From: Anaerolineae bacterium
GTDB lineage: Bacteria > Chloroflexota > Anaerolineae > CG2-30-64-16
DNA length: 64,000 nucleotides
Assembly (NCBI GenBank): GCA_034434235.1
Contig: DAOTZV010000182.1
Span: forward strand, 10,713-74,712
Reading direction: 5' to 3'
Shown here: positions 26,291-35,381 of the stretch, in pieces
How positions within the stretch are numbered: the stretch's first letter is position 1
Layout: every line of letters begins with the position of its first letter
Notes under the pieces: generated by a model
Databases searched by the model: none
The model's input: the letters and a program-made list of their open reading frames with translations, nothing else
Told to the model about the DNA's origin: nothing
Position numbers and translations under genes: made by a program

Positions 26291-28714
26291 ATGCCCAATC
26301 TGCTCCAGACCGGCCTTTCGTGGTTGGCCCGCGGCCGCCAGCCGCGGCTCAAGGGAACGATCCGCCTGAAAGGTTTGCGCGCCCCGGTGGAGATCATCCG
26401 CGATCGCTGGGGCGTGCCGCACATCTACGCGACCAACATGGCCGACCTGCTCTTCGCGCAGGGATTCGTTCATGCGCAGGATCGCCTGTGGCAGATGGAG
26501 TTCAACCGCCGGCTGGTGGCCGGCCGGCTCTCGGAGGTGATCGGTCCGGCCACGGTGCCGGCCGACCGCTGGCTGCGCATCCTGGGCTTGCGCCGCGCGG
26601 CCGAGGCCGGCCTGGCGCTCCTCCGGCCCGAAGTGCGTGCGGAGCTGGATGCTTATGTCGCAGGCGTCAACGCCTTCATCGCCCGCGGCCCCCTGCCGAT
26701 CGAGTTCACCCTGTTGCGCTACCGGCCCGAGCCCTGGACGCTCGCCGATTCTCTGAGCTGGGCCAAGATGATGGCGTGGAGCCTTTCGATCAACTGGGAG
26801 ACCGAGCTCCTGCGCGCCCGGCTGATCGGCCGGCTTGGCCCCGAGCGCGCCGCCGAGCTGGAGGCCCCCTGGCCGACGCAATGGCCGACGATCATCCCGG
26901 AGGAGCTGCGCCAGGTATCGGCCGAACGCCTGGGCCGGCTGGCGCTGGAGCGGGCCGAGGCCGCGCGACGCTTCGTCGGCCCGGCCGCGCACGCCGGCCT
27001 GGGCAGCAACAACTGGGTCATCGCCGGCAGCCGTACGTTCAGCGGCAAGCCGCTGTTGGCCAACGACATGCACCTGCTGATGGGCATTCCGTGCATCTGG
27101 TACGAGAACCACCTGGTGTGCCAACCCGACGCCGGGGCCGATCCGGCCGACGCGCTGGAGGTGACCGGGGTCACCTTCCCCGGCACGCCGTATGTCGTCG
27201 CCGGCCACAACGCGCACGTTGCCTGGGGCTTCACGAACGGCTTCCCCGACGTGCAGGATCTCTACATGGAGCACCTGCGGCGCACCGACGACGGCCGGGT
27301 GCAATACGAGTTCCGGGGCGAATGGCACGACGCGGAGGTCTTGCGCGAAGTCATCCGCGTCAAAGGCGCGGCGCCGGTCACCGAAGAGGTGATCATCACG
27401 CGGCATGGGCCGATCATCAACGCGCTGGCGCCCGACCTGACGCGAGCGCTGTTGCCGCAGGAGGAGGAGCCGCCGCTGGCGTTGCGTTGGACCGCGCTGG
27501 AGCCCGATACGTTGATCCACGCACTGCGGGCGATGAACCGGGCGCGCTCGTGCCTGGAATTTCGCGAGGCGCTGCGCGAGTGGTCCGCGCCGATCCAGAA
27601 CACCGTCTATGCCGATACGGCCGGCCATATCGGCTACAGCTTTCCGGGCAAGGTGCCCATCCGGGCCAGGGGCGATGGCAGCGTGCCCGTGCCCGGCTGG
27701 ACGGGAGAATACGAGTGGGTGGGCTACGTGCCGTTCGACGCGCTGCCGCATCTCTACGACCCGCCGCAGGGCTACATCGTCACGGCCAACAACCGCGTGG
27801 TCGGCGACGACTATCCCTACTTCATTTCCCGCGAGTATTGCATGGGCGACCGGGCCCAGCGCATCGCCGAGCTGATCGCCGCGCGCGACAGGATCAACGT
27901 GGCCTACATCCGCCGCATGCAATTCGACCAGGTCTCGCCGACCGCCCGCGTGGTGGCGGGCCACATCGGCCGGCTGACGTGCGACGACCCCGAGCTGATG
28001 GCCGTGGCGCGGATGATGGCGGCGTGGGACGGCAATCTGGCCGTGGACAGCCCCCAGGCCGCGATCTATCAGGTGTTCATGCGCCGGATCATCGCACTGT
28101 TGTTGCGCGACCGGCTGGGGGAGGATCTCGCCGCGCGCTACGCGGGCAAGGGGCCGTTGCCGGTCCTGGCCGAGGGGAGCTTCTTCGGCCAGCGGGCATG
28201 GGAATGGGTACAACAGCTCCTGGCCATGGACGACTCGCCCTGGTTCGACCTGGGCCACGGCGAGCGCCGCAACGATGTGATTCGCCTGGCGCTGCGCGAG
28301 ACGGTGGACTTTCTGAAGGCGCGTTTGGGGCCCACGTCGGAGGATTGGGCCTGGGGCAAGCTGCACGTCTTGCGCTTCATCCATTTCGTGGGCCAGATGC
28401 CTGCGCTGGCGCCGCTCTTCAACCGCGGGCCGTTCGCGCTGGGCGGCGACGGCAACACCATCTGGGCCACCGGCAACCGCATGGACACGCTCGACTTCGA
28501 TCAGATCATCGGCCCGCCCTTCCGCCACATCTCAGACCTCGGCGACTGGAGCAACTCGTTCGGCCTGTTGGCGCCCGGCAATTCGGGCCGGCCGGGCAAT
28601 CGCCACTATGACGACCAGATCGAGGCCTGGTTCATGGGCGACTATCATCCGCTGCTCTTCGCGCGCGAGGACGTGGAGCGCGAGGCCGAGGCGCGCCTCC
28701 GGCTATTGCCCTGA
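26291..28714 (+). CDS. Penicillin acylase-family Ntn-hydrolase (S45), possibly an acyl-homoserine-lactone or beta-lactam acylase
   Basis: GVPHIYATNMADLLFAQGFVHAQDRLWQME, the GSNNW nucleophile region, ~807 aa. GGGAGG RBS. Confidence 0.8.
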   Translation: MPNLLQTGLSWLARGRQPRLKGTIRLKGLRAPVEIIRDRWGVPHIYATNMADLLFAQGFVHAQDRLWQMEFNRRLVAGRLSEVIGPATVPADRWLRILGLRRAAEAGLALLRPEVRAELDAYVAGVNAFIARGPLPIEFTLLRYRPEPWTLADSLSWAKMMAWSLSINWETELLRARLIGRLGPERAAELEAPWPTQWPTIIPEELRQVSAERLGRLALERAEAARRFVGPAAHAGLGSNNWVIAGSRTFSGKPLLANDMHLLMGIPCIWYENHLVCQPDAGADPADALEVTGVTFPGTPYVVAGHNAHVAWGFTNGFPDVQDLYMEHLRRTDDGRVQYEFRGEWHDAEVLREVIRVKGAAPVTEEVIITRHGPIINALAPDLTRALLPQEEEPPLALRWTALEPDTLIHALRAMNRARSCLEFREALREWSAPIQNTVYADTAGHIGYSFPGKVPIRARGDGSVPVPGWTGEYEWVGYVPFDALPHLYDPPQGYIVTANNRVVGDDYPYFISREYCMGDRAQRIAELIAARDRINVAYIRRMQFDQVSPTARVVAGHIGRLTCDDPELMAVARMMAAWDGNLAVDSPQAAIYQVFMRRIIALLLRDRLGEDLAARYAGKGPLPVLAEGSFFGQRAWEWVQQLLAMDDSPWFDLGHGERRNDVIRLALRETVDFLKARLGPTSEDWAWGKLHVLRFIHFVGQMPALAPLFNRGPFALGGDGNTIWATGNRMDTLDFDQIIGPPFRHISDLGDWSNSFGLLAPGNSGRPGNRHYDDQIEAWFMGDYHPLLFAREDVEREAEARLRLLP

Positions 28715-28715
28715 C

Positions 28716-28860
28716 CTGTAGGGCGAGATTTATCTCGCCCTACAGGCTATGGAGAGGCGAGATGAATCTCGCCCTACGCGCGTCTTTGGAGGGGCGAGAT
28801 GAATCTCGCCCTACGCGCGTCTTTGGAGAGGCGAGATGAATCTCGCCCTACACGCCTTCC
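28716..28860. repeat. Array of four related hairpin-containing repeats, with 37-bp units, between convergent genes
   Basis: CTGTAGGGCGAGAT-TT-ATCTCGCCCTACAG at 28716-28745. Then AGGCGAGATGAATCTCGCCCTACGCGCGTCTTTGGAG repeated ~2.9 times from 28755 to 28860. The last unit supplies the TAG stop of the receiver gene. Confidence 0.85.
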
Positions 28861-29300
28861 CCCGGCAGATGCACGATGCTCACCCAGAACTCCCGGATCT
28901 GCTTCACGACCTTGATGAACTGCTCCAGGTCCACCGGCTTGGAGATGTAGCAGTTCGCATGCAGATCATACGAGCGCAGGATGTCCTGCTCGGCCTCCGA
29001 GGTGGTCAGGATGACTACCGGGATGCGCCGCAGATCGGGATCGGCCTTGAGGATGGCCAGGCATTCGCGGCCGTCCATGCGGGGCATGTTCAGATCGAGC
29101 AGGATGAGATCGGGCCGGGGAGCATCCGCGTATTTCCCCTCGCGGCGCAGAAATTCCAGCGCCTCCACTCCGTCTGAAACCACAAAGAGACGATTGAGCA
29201 CCTTGCCGTTGCGCAACGCCTCTTGCGTCAGGCGCACGTCTCCGGGGTTGTCCTCGACGAGAAGGATGTCTATCGGCCTCAAGACTTTGGACGTGGCCAT
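28848..29300 (-). CDS. Stand-alone CheY-like response-regulator receiver domain protein
   Basis: LLVEDNPGD, phospho-acceptor D in LILLDLNMP, the T in ILTTS, conserved K in ISKP. AAGGAG RBS. It starts 33 nt after the stop of the upstream XPB-operon gene. Confidence 0.85.
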   Translation of the reverse strand: MATSKVLRPIDILLVEDNPGDVRLTQEALRNGKVLNRLFVVSDGVEALEFLRREGKYADAPRPDLILLDLNMPRMDGRECLAILKADPDLRRIPVVILTTSEAEQDILRSYDLHANCYISKPVDLEQFIKVVKQIREFWVSIVHLPGEGV

Positions 29301-29333
29301 GTTCGACTCCTTGTGGGGTGCCAGATGAGAAAT

Positions 29334-31694
29334 TCACCGTTCCGTCAGTTCGACCCCGCGCTCGGCCAGCAGAACGCGCAGCGCGGCCACATCATCGGGT
29401 TGGACGAGCGCCAGGCCCAGGTTGGCGGCCGGCATGAAGGGCTGCATGTATTGCGCCAGGGCCGGATCGGCGCACAGCTCGTTTACCACGGCCTGATCGC
29501 GAAACTGGACCAGGGTGAACGTCTGGACCACCGCGTCGCCGTAGTGTTTGCTCCATGCCTTGATGCGCATTTGCAGCCCGGCCGGCACGCCGCCCAACGC
29601 GAGCGATTCCAGCCGGGCGATGATCCTGGTGGCATCGAGCCCGGCCGCGACGGCCCGGCGCACGCTGGAAGGCGTGATGCGCCAGCCGTCGGGGGTCTGA
29701 TCGGCCAGCGGGAACAGGTAGCCGTACACGTACAGGCTCGGCACCGCGTGGGCAAATTGGATGGCGCCATCGGCCGTCAGGGTGATGCTGGCCTTGGGGG
29801 CCTCTTCGGCGCTCGATGCGCGCACCGGCAGCTCGCCGGCCGCCAACAGGCGCTGCTCGATCAGATCCACCTTGTCGGCGTGTACCATGAGCGAGGTGGC
29901 ATCCACGCGCTTGATGATCGCCGCGTCCAAGACGGGATCCGCCATCAGATGCTCGGCCAGCTCGGCCGTGGCCGTCTGCACCCAGCCGACGCGCGGCCGG
30001 ACGACGATGCGCTCGAACGCGGCCTGCCATTCGAAGAGGCTGCGCAGGACGTTTTGCGGCATTGCCGCGCCGGTCGTGTTTTCCAGCCAGCGGATGATCT
30101 CGGCCACCTGCTGGCCGTTCTGCTGGGCGCGATAGACCGACGCGGCGGTCAGCTCGTATTCTATGGCCCGCTCGGCATTCAGCCGCGTCGCGAAGCTGTC
30201 GAGCCGGGCCAACACCGCATCGGAGATCGGATCGAAGGCGAAGATGTGAAAATTCGGCTGGACGACGACCCGGCCGGTCTCGGCGGGGATGGCGGGCGGC
30301 TCGGCGTCCAGGAGCAGCCAGCGCCCCATATCGGTCAGGCGCACCGCCTGCAAACCCGCGGGCGCGGCGCCCCCCGCGGCCGTCACCGGCCGCAGATAGC
30401 CCAGATCCACCAGCCCCAACCAGTAGAGCCCTTCGGTCAAGACCGCGCGAATGAAGGCCCCTTCCACGCCATCCCAGCCGGCCTCCAGATCCTGGGCATA
30501 CTTCTCCCATACCCAGCCCAGCGCGTTCTGCTGGTAAGGCGAGATAACCGAAGGACGGGAATAATAGTAATAAGAACTGGGGCGGTGTTCGGCGGTCTCC
30601 CGATCGACCAGGAACTCCTCGTCGTGATCGTGCAGATAATCGGAGATGGCGTCGAGCGAGATCCACTCCGCGCCGTCGCGCGCGAAGCGCGCCAGCAGAT
30701 CGAGCACCGTGCGCCGCGCCTTTACCACCGGATTCGGCGCAAAATCGATCACGGAGCCGCTGGCCCGCGTCGAGCCGGGGTCGTAAGTGGCCCACAGCTC
30801 GTGCCACCAGGCGCCATCGCGCCAGCTCTGGTAACAGGTTTGCACGCGCTGCGTGGCGCCGCTCTCCCAGAACTCCATGTCCGGCGCAGCGGTCAACGTG
30901 TTGGCGTTGGCTCCTTCGCCGGCGACGAGGAGGCCCAACGCCATCAGCAGGCGACGCAAGAAAAAGATGCGCCGGAAGTCGCTCTCCTTGCTGCCGGTCG
31001 AATAGGTTTCGGTCACCAGGAGCTGGCCGCTCAATCGCTTGACATCGGCCGCCCGGAGCAGTCCGGCGTTGGTGAGCTGCAACGGCGACTCGCGCGCGGC
31101 GCTCCACATCAGATAGAGGTCGCGCTGGCAGGTGCGGGCCGAGCCGGGGAGCACATGGGCGATCGACGGCTCGGTGCGCGGGAGCGAGGCTACCGGCGGC
31201 AGGTGGACGGCCACTTCCTGCGGGATGTAGACGAAGCGGCCGCCATCGAAGCCGAGCTTGGCAGTGGTGATGGTGCCTGCGGACAGGCTGTGCGTCCAGA
31301 TCAGCCCGTATTTGAGCAGCGCGGCCAATACCTCCTCGAACGTCATGGGGTCGCTGGCGTGCTCCGGGTGTTGCCCATAAGAGGAATATGTCGCGCGGCG
31401 CTTGCCGGGAGCAGGCTCCTTGACGATGCCGGCGCGCGTGAGCAGCGCGCGATAGCGCTCGGTGCGCAGCTCGCCGTCGGCCCGTTGCAACACTTCGAGC
31501 GCCTTGCGACAACGATTGTTGATCTGACGTAAGGCCGTCTGGATGCGCTGGGGATCGGCGATCAGTTTGGCCCATAGCGCGGCCTTCTCATCCTTGAACT
31601 TCGGGATATCGCGGACGCCGGCCGTGCGCAGAATGGTATTCAGATCGTTGGCTCGAAAGGCATCAATGGCCTGGCGCAAAGGTGGAGGGGTCAT
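29334..31694 (-). CDS. XPB-associated large protein 2 (uncharacterised, ~786 aa)
   Basis: Start ATG overlaps the stop of the upstream gene (ATGA). The C-terminal modules look loosely like the XPB N-terminal winged-helix/DRD region. No catalytic motif recognised. Confidence 0.6.
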   Translation of the reverse strand: MTPPPLRQAIDAFRANDLNTILRTAGVRDIPKFKDEKAALWAKLIADPQRIQTALRQINNRCRKALEVLQRADGELRTERYRALLTRAGIVKEPAPGKRRATYSSYGQHPEHASDPMTFEEVLAALLKYGLIWTHSLSAGTITTAKLGFDGGRFVYIPQEVAVHLPPVASLPRTEPSIAHVLPGSARTCQRDLYLMWSAARESPLQLTNAGLLRAADVKRLSGQLLVTETYSTGSKESDFRRIFFLRRLLMALGLLVAGEGANANTLTAAPDMEFWESGATQRVQTCYQSWRDGAWWHELWATYDPGSTRASGSVIDFAPNPVVKARRTVLDLLARFARDGAEWISLDAISDYLHDHDEEFLVDRETAEHRPSSYYYYSRPSVISPYQQNALGWVWEKYAQDLEAGWDGVEGAFIRAVLTEGLYWLGLVDLGYLRPVTAAGGAAPAGLQAVRLTDMGRWLLLDAEPPAIPAETGRVVVQPNFHIFAFDPISDAVLARLDSFATRLNAERAIEYELTAASVYRAQQNGQQVAEIIRWLENTTGAAMPQNVLRSLFEWQAAFERIVVRPRVGWVQTATAELAEHLMADPVLDAAIIKRVDATSLMVHADKVDLIEQRLLAAGELPVRASSAEEAPKASITLTADGAIQFAHAVPSLYVYGYLFPLADQTPDGWRITPSSVRRAVAAGLDATRIIARLESLALGGVPAGLQMRIKAWSKHYGDAVVQTFTLVQFRDQAVVNELCADPALAQYMQPFMPAANLGLALVQPDDVAALRVLLAERGVELTER

Positions 31695-33514
31695 GAAAGC
31701 ACCTGCGGAGTATAGCCTTTGCGGCGCAGCTCTTCGACGAGGACAGGGACCGTTTCGGGCCGCAACACGACCAGATGCCGCGAGGAGATCGGGTAACAAT
31801 CGCCCTGGCTCAGGCCGATGGACGCCTGCACTTCGGACATGGTTTGCTCATCGCCGAACTCGATCACGGCCAGGTTGTCATAGAGCTGATGGCGCCCCAG
31901 GCGCCCCTGCCATTCCTTCAGCCGGTTTTGCATTTCGGCGGGCAACGGAAAACCGGCCTCGGCGAACGCCTGGATCACCTGATCGGCCGATTGCCCGCTG
32001 CGCAGCGTCTGCCGGAAGGCCGCGGGGTCAAGCGCATAGAGGATCGCCTGGCGATCGCGCGTGACTTCGGAAGCGATCTTCAAGATGAGCTGGCGCAGCT
32101 CGCCGGTCTGCCACGTGTTGCGCAGGCTCAACCGGCCGTCGGGAAGGAAGCTCAACATGTCGGCCGGAAGCCGCTGCGGTCCGCTCGGCGTTGCCTGTTC
32201 GCCCGGCCGGCTGATCGCCATCACGCGCTCGTTGGTCACCGCCATCTGGATGAAGCCCAACCAGTACGCCGGCCCCAGCCATCCCTCGAAGAGGCCGCCG
32301 AAGAGGTCGTTCCAGACGCGACGCTGGAAGTGCTGCGGATCGAGCTGCTCCTCGCCGTCATACCAGGCCCAACCGGCATAAACAGAAAGGGCAAAAGTGA
32401 GGTGGTCGCGACGCAAGCGATGGATCAGGTCCAACCAGCGCGTCGTGCTGATCCACACTTCGGGCTTGATGGCCGAGAGCAAACCGGCCAGCCAAACGCG
32501 CTGGCTTTGCACCTGCCGATCCAGATACTCGCGATTGCTCCAGCCGGCATTCTGGCGCAGGCTGAATCGGTTCTGCGTGGTCAGGAAGAAATCGAGCTCA
32601 TCCCAGGTCATCAACGACCGCACCGCGGCCGGAATGTCGAGCGGCCAGCCTTCCAGCCACCAGTGGTGTAGTTGAGCGCGCCGCGCGGCCGGCGATAGGC
32701 CACGCCAGACATCTATCTGTGTCGCGTCGGTCAGGAGATATGGCTTGCCCCCCGTCTCTTGCACGTGCAGCAGCTTGCCGACCGCCAACAGAGATAACAG
32801 GGTGCGTGCCAGGGCCCGTTCTTCGGCCGCGTTGTAGCCCCAGGCGGCCAACTGCTCGTCGGCCACGATCCCGGCGTGCGGTTCCGCGCGCTGATAGGCC
32901 ACCGATACATTGCGCCCCGGTTGCGCGACGGTGACCGGGCGTAGCAGGGCCGTGCGCTTCACTTCGGGCCGATCGGTCTCGACAGCCGCCAACAGCCGCG
33001 CGATGTGATCGTCGAGGAAGCCCGGTGCCGGCGCCGGCATCACGTCCGCGGCCAGGTCACGATAGACCAGGCCCGGCGCATCCGTCTCCGGCAACCAGTC
33101 GAGGTAGATCGTCGGCACATGAAAGGCGCCGGTAATGGAATCCGTCAAGATGAATAGCTTCTGATGAAGATCGCCGAGGGCCTGCGTCACGGCCTCTTTG
33201 GTCGTCCGCAGCTCTTCGGCGATCTCCAGGATCGGCGCCAGGACTTCGACCTGGCCGTCGTTCCTGCTCAGACGGCCGAGCCAGATCAGGATCTTGCGGT
33301 GCAGGGATGGAAGCTGCTCGAACCCCGCCGACATCTCGGCGGCGTTGGTCAGATGCTCCATGATCCCCTGGACGACATCGGCCTTGGCCGTGCCCCGAAG
33401 CGACCATCCCCACGCGCGCGCGGCGCTGCGCAGGTCTTGCAAGACGATCGCCTGCAATGCGGTGCGGAGCTGGTGCAGGGCATTGGCTCGGGAGGGCGAT
33501 TCCGTCGTGTTCAC
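31691..33514 (-). CDS. XPB-associated large protein 1 (uncharacterised, ~607 aa)
   Basis: GTG start overlaps the XPB stop (GTGA). Trp-rich central region. C-terminus (...RHLVVLRPETVPVLVEELRRKGY) resembles the XPB N-terminal module. Confidence 0.6.
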   Translation of the reverse strand: MNTTESPSRANALHQLRTALQAIVLQDLRSAARAWGWSLRGTAKADVVQGIMEHLTNAAEMSAGFEQLPSLHRKILIWLGRLSRNDGQVEVLAPILEIAEELRTTKEAVTQALGDLHQKLFILTDSITGAFHVPTIYLDWLPETDAPGLVYRDLAADVMPAPAPGFLDDHIARLLAAVETDRPEVKRTALLRPVTVAQPGRNVSVAYQRAEPHAGIVADEQLAAWGYNAAEERALARTLLSLLAVGKLLHVQETGGKPYLLTDATQIDVWRGLSPAARRAQLHHWWLEGWPLDIPAAVRSLMTWDELDFFLTTQNRFSLRQNAGWSNREYLDRQVQSQRVWLAGLLSAIKPEVWISTTRWLDLIHRLRRDHLTFALSVYAGWAWYDGEEQLDPQHFQRRVWNDLFGGLFEGWLGPAYWLGFIQMAVTNERVMAISRPGEQATPSGPQRLPADMLSFLPDGRLSLRNTWQTGELRQLILKIASEVTRDRQAILYALDPAAFRQTLRSGQSADQVIQAFAEAGFPLPAEMQNRLKEWQGRLGRHQLYDNLAVIEFGDEQTMSEVQASIGLSQGDCYPISSRHLVVLRPETVPVLVEELRRKGYTPQVLS

Positions 33515-35292
33515 CAGTGCGCCTCGTCGTGTGCCGGATCGAAGTCGGCCAGGTCGTCTTCGTACAGGATCTCGTATTTGTAGCCCTGCTCGGTCAGGAA
33601 CATCTGCCGGTGCGCGCCGTAGAGCTGATCCTTGGTATCGCGCATGACGATGGCGTAGAAGTGGGCCGGCCGGCCGTCGCTCTTCGGCCGCAGGATGCGG
33701 CCCAGGCGCTGCGCCTCTTCCTGTCGCGAGCCGAAGGTGCCGCTGATCTCGATGGCGACGCTGACATCGGGCAGGTCAATGGCGAAGTTGGCGACCTTCG
33801 AGACGACCAGCAGCCGCAATGTGCCTTCGCGCATCTGCTGGTAGAGCTTCTGGCGCTCGCGCACCGGCGTCTTGCCCGTGAGGAGCGGCGCGTTGAAGCG
33901 CTTCGCGGCCTCTTCGAGCTGGTCCAGGTAGGTGCCGATGATCAGGATCTGGTCGTCGGGGTGCTTGGCGATCAACTGCTCGACCACGGGCAGCTTGGCG
34001 GGATCGGTGGCGGCGATGGCATATTGCAGCTTGCTGTCGGCCAGGGCATATTCCATCCGGCGCTCGCGCGACATGCTCAGGCGCACTTCGTGGCAGTGCG
34101 CGGTGGCGATCCATCCCTGGCGCTCCAGGTCTTTCCACGGCACGTCGTACTTCTTGGGGCCGATGAGCGCGAACACGTCCTCTTCGCGGCCGTCTTCGCG
34201 CACCAGGGTGGCCGTGAGGCCCAGACGACGCTTGCCTTGCAGCTCGGCCGTCATGCGGAACACCGGCGCCGGCAGCAGGTGCACCTCGTCGTAGACGATC
34301 AGGCCCCAATTGCGCTCGTTGAACAGCCGGAAATGGGGGAAGTCCTCGATGGAGAGCGGCTTCGGCGCGCCGTTCTCATCCCACCCCAGCTCATCTTCCT
34401 TGCCGTTCCGGCCGCGGCGCTTGTGATAGGTCAGGATCTGGTAGGTGGTGACGGTGATCGGCCGGATCTCTTTGACATCGCCGGTGTACTCGCCGATTTC
34501 GTCGGAGGTAAGCGATGTCTTGTCGAGCAGCTCCTCGATCCACTGGCGCACCGCGACGGTGTTGGTGGTGAGGATCAGCGTGTTGGTTTGCAGGCGGTCC
34601 ATGGCGCCCATGCCGACCATCGTCTTGCCGGCGCCGCACGGCAACACGATGACGCCCGAGCCGCCCTGCGGCGCGCCGTTGGCGTGGAATGTGTCCACGG
34701 CATCTTGCTGATAGTGCCGCAGGCGGAACACCTCGCCGGTCGTGCGCCGGGCCGGCAAGAGCCGAAACGAGATCGGCGCGCCTTCCACGTAGCCGGCCAG
34801 GTCTTCGGCCGGATAGCCGATGTCTACCAGCGCCTTCTTGATGTGGCCGCGCATGGCGGGGTTGACGCGCACCGTGCGCGGATCTATCTCTTCGAGGATG
34901 AACTGGCGGACCTTGCGCTGGCGGCTCACCTCCATCATCAGGAGGGGATCGTCGGCCGTCAGGAGCAGCGCGCCGGTGGGATCTTTGTGCAGCTTGACCC
35001 GGCCGAACCGGCTGACGTAATCGCGCACGTCGGCCTGGATGTTGCCGGGCACATCGTATTTGCTGTATTGCGCCAGGCTCGCCAGGATGGCGTCGGCCGT
35101 GAGGCCGCTGGCGGCCGCGTTCCAGAGGGAAAGCGGCGACAGCCGATAGGTATGGATATGTTCGGGGCTTTTTTCCAGCTCAGCGAAGCGCGCCAGCGCG
35201 TCGCGCGCTTCGCTGTAGAGCGGGTTATCTACTTCGAGCAGCACCGTCCGGTCGCTCTGCACGACCATCGGGTTCAACGGGTTAACAGCCAT
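33511..35292 (-). CDS. XPB/ERCC3/Ssl2-type superfamily-2 DNA helicase (bacterial XPB homologue)
   Basis: N-terminal damage-recognition-like domain, Walker A PCGAGKT, DEVH box (VYDEVHLLPA), RED-like and thumb regions, HD2 with RPKSDGRPAHFYA. Confidence 0.9.
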   Translation of the reverse strand: MAVNPLNPMVVQSDRTVLLEVDNPLYSEARDALARFAELEKSPEHIHTYRLSPLSLWNAAASGLTADAILASLAQYSKYDVPGNIQADVRDYVSRFGRVKLHKDPTGALLLTADDPLLMMEVSRQRKVRQFILEEIDPRTVRVNPAMRGHIKKALVDIGYPAEDLAGYVEGAPISFRLLPARRTTGEVFRLRHYQQDAVDTFHANGAPQGGSGVIVLPCGAGKTMVGMGAMDRLQTNTLILTTNTVAVRQWIEELLDKTSLTSDEIGEYTGDVKEIRPITVTTYQILTYHKRRGRNGKEDELGWDENGAPKPLSIEDFPHFRLFNERNWGLIVYDEVHLLPAPVFRMTAELQGKRRLGLTATLVREDGREEDVFALIGPKKYDVPWKDLERQGWIATAHCHEVRLSMSRERRMEYALADSKLQYAIAATDPAKLPVVEQLIAKHPDDQILIIGTYLDQLEEAAKRFNAPLLTGKTPVRERQKLYQQMREGTLRLLVVSKVANFAIDLPDVSVAIEISGTFGSRQEEAQRLGRILRPKSDGRPAHFYAIVMRDTKDQLYGAHRQMFLTEQGYKYEILYEDDLADFDPAHDEAHW

Positions 35293-35299
35293 ACAAACT

Positions 35300-35340
35300 T
35301 GCTTATCCTTTGACTAAAACATCAGTACAAATGATAAGCA
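35300..35340. promoter_or_regulatory. Inverted repeat TGCTTATC-N25-GATAAGCA overlapping the -10 and leader of the XPB operon; candidate operator
   Basis: 8-bp perfect arms at 35300-35307 and 35333-35340. Confidence 0.4.
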
Positions 35341-35365
35341 TACCGCATTTCGTTATTATTCGCAA
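35337..35365 (-). promoter_or_regulatory. Candidate promoter of the XPB operon inside an AT-rich island
   Basis: Read on the minus strand: TTGCGA-N17-TATGCT. The island 35293-35381 is ~40% GC against ~67% background. Confidence 0.35.
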
Positions 35366-35381
35366 CTTATCGAAAGCCTCT

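Noticed and set aside
28716-28860. Possible CRISPR array (repeated 37-bp palindromic units)
   Set aside because: Units are directly adjacent with no spacers, there are only ~4 copies, and no cas genes lie nearby. It is a tandem hairpin repeat, not CRISPR.
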